Source: an uncultured Nitrospirota bacterium
GTDB taxonomy: Bacteria > CG2-30-53-67
DNA length: 35,689 nt
Direction: 5' to 3'
NCBI GenBank assembly: GCA_964420895.1
Contig: CAYQVN010000001.1
Span: forward strand, 1 to 35,689
Shown piece after piece: positions 32,161 to 35,689 of the stretch. The notes under the pieces are model-generated. The model was not told the origin of the DNA, did no database searches, and saw only the letters and a program-made list of their open reading frames with translations. Within the stretch, counting starts at the first letter, position 1; every line of letters starts with the position of its first letter. The position numbers and the translations under genes are program-made.

Positions 32161-32529
32161 ATGATCCAGCCACAAAGCATACTCAAAGTCGCAGATAATT
32201 CCGGTGCAAAAAAAGTGATGTGTGTCCGCGTCTTGGGTGGCTCCAAAGTCCGCTATGCCCATGTCGGCGATATCATTGTGGCAAGCGTGAAGGAAGCGAT
32301 GCCCCGGGGGAATACCAAAAAGGGTACCCTGGTCCGTGCCGTGGTCGTACGGACCAAGAAGTCTGTGAAACGCAAAGACGGAACCAGCATTCGTTTTGAT
32401 GAGAATGCAGCGGTCCTGATCAATCCCCAGAAGGAGCCGATCGGCACGCGTATCTTCGGACCGGTCACTCGTGAACTGCGTCGGAAAAATTTTATGCGTA
32501 TCGTGTCGCTGGCACCGGAGGTTCTTTAA
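32161..32529 (+). CDS. rplN: 50S ribosomal protein L14
   Basis: [17 protein letters not shown] is the canonical start, with GGGAG 6 nt upstream of the ATG at 32161. The ORF-track TTG at 32155 sits on the Shine-Dalgarno. Confidence 0.96.
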   Translation: MIQPQSILKVADNSGAKKVMCVRVLGGSKVRYAHVGDIIVASVKEAMPRGNTKKGTLVRAVVVRTKKSVKRKDGTSIRFDENAAVLINPQKEPIGTRIFGPVTRELRRKNFMRIVSLAPEVL

Positions 32530-32565
32530 GAACTCAATGATGAAGTGTATGCAAGGAACAGTAAA

Positions 32566-32898
32566 ATGACGAAGATTAAAAATCATATTAAAAAGAACGA
32601 TATGGCGGAAGTCATGGCCGGGAAAGAGAAGGGGAAACGGGGCAAGGTTCTGCTGGTTTACCCGGAACGCGGGCGAGTTCTGGTGGAAAAGCTGAATATG
32701 ATCAAAAGGCATACGCGACCGGATGAACAGAACCAGCAGGGCGGGATTATCGAGAAGGAGGCGACCCTTCATGTCTCGAACGTGATGCCCGTTTGCCGGA
32801 AGTGTGATGCCCCCACCCGTATTCGCCATCAGAGGCTCGACAACGATAAAAAGGTGCGGATTTGCGCGAAGTGCGGCGAACCCTTTGACAAGGTCTGA
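32566..32898 (+). CDS. rplX: 50S ribosomal protein L24 (four-Cys variant)
   Basis: MTKIKNHIKKNDMAEVMAGKEKGKRGKV contains a KOW motif. AAGGA lies 8 nt upstream of the ATG at 32566. The C-terminal part carries CRKC...CAKC. Confidence 0.93.
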   Translation: MTKIKNHIKKNDMAEVMAGKEKGKRGKVLLVYPERGRVLVEKLNMIKRHTRPDEQNQQGGIIEKEATLHVSNVMPVCRKCDAPTRIRHQRLDNDKKVRICAKCGEPFDKV

Positions 32899-32920
32899 GA
32901 GAACGTAGAGTGGATGAGCT

Positions 32921-33460
32921 ATGGGCAGATTAAAAGAGATCTACAAAAATGAGATAATCCCTTCCCTGATGGATCAATTTTCCTACTCGAGCATCATGCA
33001 GGTGCCCAAGGTTTCGAAGATTGTCGTGAATGTGGGGATGGGGGAGGCGATACAAAACCCGAAGCTGCTTGATTCAGCAGTGGATGAATTGCGGATGATT
33101 ACCGGACAGCAACCGGTGGTGACGCTGGCCAGGAACTCGATCGCCAATTTTAAATTGCGTGAAGGGATGGCAATAGGCTGCAAGGTGACTTTGCGGAAAC
33201 GGATCATGTATGAATTCCTGGATCGTCTGATCAATACCGCTATACCTCGTATTCGTGACTTCCGTGGAGTTTCCGGAAAAGCCTTTGACGGACGCGGGAA
33301 TTATTCCCTGGGACTGACGGAGCAGATCATTTTCCCGGAGGTCAAATACGACAAAGTAGAAAAAATCCATGGCATGGATGTTGTGATTGTCACAACCGCC
33401 AAGAGCGATGAAGAGGCCAAGGCCCTGCTGGCAGGGTTTAATATGCCTTTCCGGAACTGA
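32921..33460 (+). CDS. rplE: 50S ribosomal protein L5
   Basis: Begins [20 protein letters not shown] and contains [17 protein letters not shown] and [10 protein letters not shown]. Confidence 0.96.
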   Translation: MGRLKEIYKNEIIPSLMDQFSYSSIMQVPKVSKIVVNVGMGEAIQNPKLLDSAVDELRMITGQQPVVTLARNSIANFKLREGMAIGCKVTLRKRIMYEFLDRLINTAIPRIRDFRGVSGKAFDGRGNYSLGLTEQIIFPEVKYDKVEKIHGMDVVIVTTAKSDEEAKALLAGFNMPFRN

Positions 33461-33496
33461 TCCAATCCTGAACGGGAATCCAATGGAGGAAACAGA

Positions 33497-33682
33497 TTGG
33501 CCAAGCTGTCATTAACCAACAAAGCAAACCGGAAACAGAAATTCAAGGTGAGGGAATATAACCGTTGCCGGATCTGTGGGCGACCCCGCGGATACATGCG
33601 GCGCTTCGAAATTTGCCGTATCTGTTTTCGGAAACTCTCCTTGAGAGGCGACATTCCCGGCGTTGCAAAATCGAGCTGGTAG
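33497..33682 (+). CDS. rpsN: 30S ribosomal protein S14, short zinc-binding type Z (61 aa)
   Basis: TTG start after GGAGGAAACAGA. The sequence (M)[44 protein letters not shown]...W has CxxC...CxxC. Confidence 0.93.
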   Translation: MAKLSLTNKANRKQKFKVREYNRCRICGRPRGYMRRFEICRICFRKLSLRGDIPGVAKSSW

Positions 33683-33724
33683 GAAAGACTCTCAGGTGCA
33701 ACGACGATGTGGAGGATTTAACTG

Positions 33725-34123
33725 ATGTCTATGACCGACCCGATTGCCGACCTTCTGACGCGTATCCGCAATGCCGTACAGGCGCGGAAAGAAACCGTCG
33801 ACATCCCCGCGTCCAATATCAAGATCTCGATAGCCAGGATCATGAAGGACGAGGGTTACATCAAGAATTACAAGGTCCTGAAGAATAACCGGCAGGGGTT
33901 GATTCGCATTACACTCCGTAAGCAGGAAGGCGAGGAAGGTGTGATACACGGCCTGAAACGCCTCAGCAAACCGGGATTGCGCGTCTATGTCGGAGCAGAG
34001 AAAATTCCAAAGATACTGAACGGACTTGGCGTTGCCATCCTTTCGACGCCCAAGGGGGTCTTGACGGACCGGCAATCGAGAAAGGAACATGTGGGCGGTG
34101 AAGTGCTCTGTGCAATCTGGTGA
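33725..34123 (+). CDS. rpsH: 30S ribosomal protein S8
   Basis: Begins MSMTDPIADLLTRIRNA and contains ILSTPKGVLTD and GGEVLCAIW. Confidence 0.96.
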   Translation: MSMTDPIADLLTRIRNAVQARKETVDIPASNIKISIARIMKDEGYIKNYKVLKNNRQGLIRITLRKQEGEEGVIHGLKRLSKPGLRVYVGAEKIPKILNGLGVAILSTPKGVLTDRQSRKEHVGGEVLCAIW

Positions 34124-34156
34124 GTCAAAAGTGCCGTCCGTTGAGGAGTTAATAAG

Positions 34157-34690
34157 ATGTCACGAATAGGAAAAATGCCGGTAAAACTCCCCCAGGGAGT
34201 CAGTGCCGTACTCAAAGGATCCGTCCTGGAAGTGAAGGGGCCGAAAGGACAATTGACACGCGAATTACGTCCGGAGATGACCATTGAAGTCGACTCCGAT
34301 GAGATTCGTGTCAGCCGGCCTTCCGATCTCAATCGCCATCGAGCTTTTCATGGCCTCACACGTAATCTCATTGCAAATATGGTCCAGGGAGTTTCGGAAG
34401 GCTTCATAAGGGTTCTGGAGATCAATGGCGTTGGATACCGTGCCATTGTGCAGGGGAAATCCGTGGAGTTTCACCTCGGTTATTCGAATCCGATTAAATT
34501 TCCCTTGAAAGAGGGGGTCGAGGCCAAGGTAGAAAAAAATACCCTGACGTTGAACAGTATCAACAAGGAACTCTTAGGACAGGTCGCGGCCGACATCCGG
34601 GATCTCAGGCCACCGGAACCGTACAAGGGGAAGGGGATCAAGTACGCCGAAGAGAAGATCCTCCGCAAGGCGGGCAAAACGACCAAGTAG
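34157..34690 (+). CDS. rplF: 50S ribosomal protein L6
   Basis: Begins MSRIGKMPVKLPQGV and contains GVGYRA and PEPYKGKGIKY. Confidence 0.96.
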   Translation: MSRIGKMPVKLPQGVSAVLKGSVLEVKGPKGQLTRELRPEMTIEVDSDEIRVSRPSDLNRHRAFHGLTRNLIANMVQGVSEGFIRVLEINGVGYRAIVQGKSVEFHLGYSNPIKFPLKEGVEAKVEKNTLTLNSINKELLGQVAADIRDLRPPEPYKGKGIKYAEEKILRKAGKTTK

Positions 34691-34755
34691 AGCTCTGATC
34701 CGGTCCGGAACTTTTCGGTCTGCAAGGAGCCATTCGGTAAAGGAGTTAAAAAACC

Positions 34756-35121
34756 GTGGCAGTACATACCAGAAGGGTCTCAAGAATAGCGAAGCACAAA
34801 CGGGTGCGGAAAAAAGTGAGCGGTACGCCGGAGCGGCCCCGCATGTCCGTATTCCGGAGTGCCCGGCACATCTCCGTGCAAGTGATAGATGATATCAATC
34901 ATGCGACCATTGCAAGCGCCTCCACGCTGCACAAGCAATTTCGGGAAGTGAAGATTGAAGGTGGGAAAAAGGAGGCTGCCAAATGGGTCGGTGAGGAAAT
35001 TGCCCGGCAGATGAAGGAAAAGGGGATTGAAACGGCCGTCTTTGACCGCGGCGGATTTAAATTCCATGGACGTGTCAAATCTCTGGCCGATGCGGCGAAA
35101 GAGGCGGGGATAAAAATCTAA
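34756..35121 (+). CDS. rplR: 50S ribosomal protein L18
   Basis: GTG start. Contains [29 protein letters not shown] and [23 protein letters not shown]. Confidence 0.94.
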   Translation: MAVHTRRVSRIAKHKRVRKKVSGTPERPRMSVFRSARHISVQVIDDINHATIASASTLHKQFREVKIEGGKKEAAKWVGEEIARQMKEKGIETAVFDRGGFKFHGRVKSLADAAKEAGIKI

Positions 35122-35171
35122 GAGACGACAGCGTCCGGGAAAGGCGTTGTCCGTCCAGGGAGAAAAACAGC

Positions 35172-35687
35172 GTGGTAGAAAAGAGAATGAAAAAGAAGGA
35201 CGATAAGGCCGGTGAACTGATTGATAAGATCGTACACATTAACCGTGTTGCCAAAGTCGTTAAGGGTGGACGCCGATTCAGCTTCAGTGCCCTCGTGGTC
35301 GTCGGCGACGGCAAAGGAAATGTGGGATATGGGAAAGGGAAAGCCAACGAGGTTCCCGAGGCGATCCGGAAAGGGATAGAGATTGCCAAGAAAAAGATGT
35401 CCCGGATCTCCATGGAGGGGAAAACGATTCCCCACAAGGTGATCGGCCATTACGGTGCCGGGCAGGTGGTGATGAAGCCTGCCTCAGAGGGGACGGGGCT
35501 CATTGCCGGAGGCGGTGTTCGTGCGGTGCTGGAAGTTGCCGGTGTGCAGGATGTGTTGACCAAATGTATCGGATCGAGTAACCCCCATAATGCAATTCGG
35601 GCCACCATGGACGGTTTGCGCCAGTTGCGGGGTAAGGAGCAGATTGCAAAACTTAGAGGATTGACGGTCGAAGAGATTTCAAGCTAA
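35172..35687 (+). CDS. rpsE: 30S ribosomal protein S5
   Basis: Contains [46 protein letters not shown] take the GTG at 35172, with the ATG at 35187 as the alternative. The stop TAA at 35685..35687 is just inside the window. Confidence 0.93.
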   Translation: MVEKRMKKKDDKAGELIDKIVHINRVAKVVKGGRRFSFSALVVVGDGKGNVGYGKGKANEVPEAIRKGIEIAKKKMSRISMEGKTIPHKVIGHYGAGQVVMKPASEGTGLIAGGGVRAVLEVAGVQDVLTKCIGSSNPHNAIRATMDGLRQLRGKEQIAKLRGLTVEEISS

Positions 35688-35689
35688 GT

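Overview
This is a 35.7-kb piece of a fairly GC-rich bacterial chromosome. About 80% of it is the conserved translation/transcription core, all on the + strand. The order is a small ferredoxin, cysS and rlmB, then a tRNA operon (Thr-UGU, Tyr-GUA, Gly-UCC, Thr-GGU) leading into tuf copy 1. Next come rpmG, tRNA-Trp, secE, nusG, rplK, rplA, rplJ, rplL, rpoB, rpoC, rpsL, rpsG, fusA and tuf copy 2. The S10 and spc clusters follow (rpsJ, rplC, rplD, rplW, rplB, rpsS, rplV, rpsC, rplP, rpmC, rpsQ, rplN, rplX, rplE, rpsN/Z, rpsH, rplF, rplR, rpsE). This gene order with two tuf copies is Proteobacteria/Desulfobacterota-like, but that taxonomic guess is low confidence. Only the left 6.2 kb looks accessory. 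It holds an orphan 256-aa ORF and a tightly packed minus-strand operon: crcB (fluoride channel), a fused double DUF190 (PII-like) protein, an RND adaptor and an RND pump. I see no CRISPR array, transposase, integrase, phage gene or recognisable defence gene, so I cannot support an undescribed system from sequence alone. The best leads are the crcB/DUF190x2/RND operon, which lacks a fluoride riboswitch; two perfect 23-bp hairpins that fill the tRNA spacers; a 9-bp tandem array upstream of both tuf copies; a 1240-bp 100%-identical tuf repeat; and a four-Cys insertion in EF-Tu. Many ORF-track starts in the r-protein region look over-extended. I re-called them from Shine-Dalgarno spacing and canonical N-termini, and several use TTG or GTG. 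The long minus-strand ORFs inside rpoB, rpoC, fusA, tuf and the RND genes are antisense shadows.
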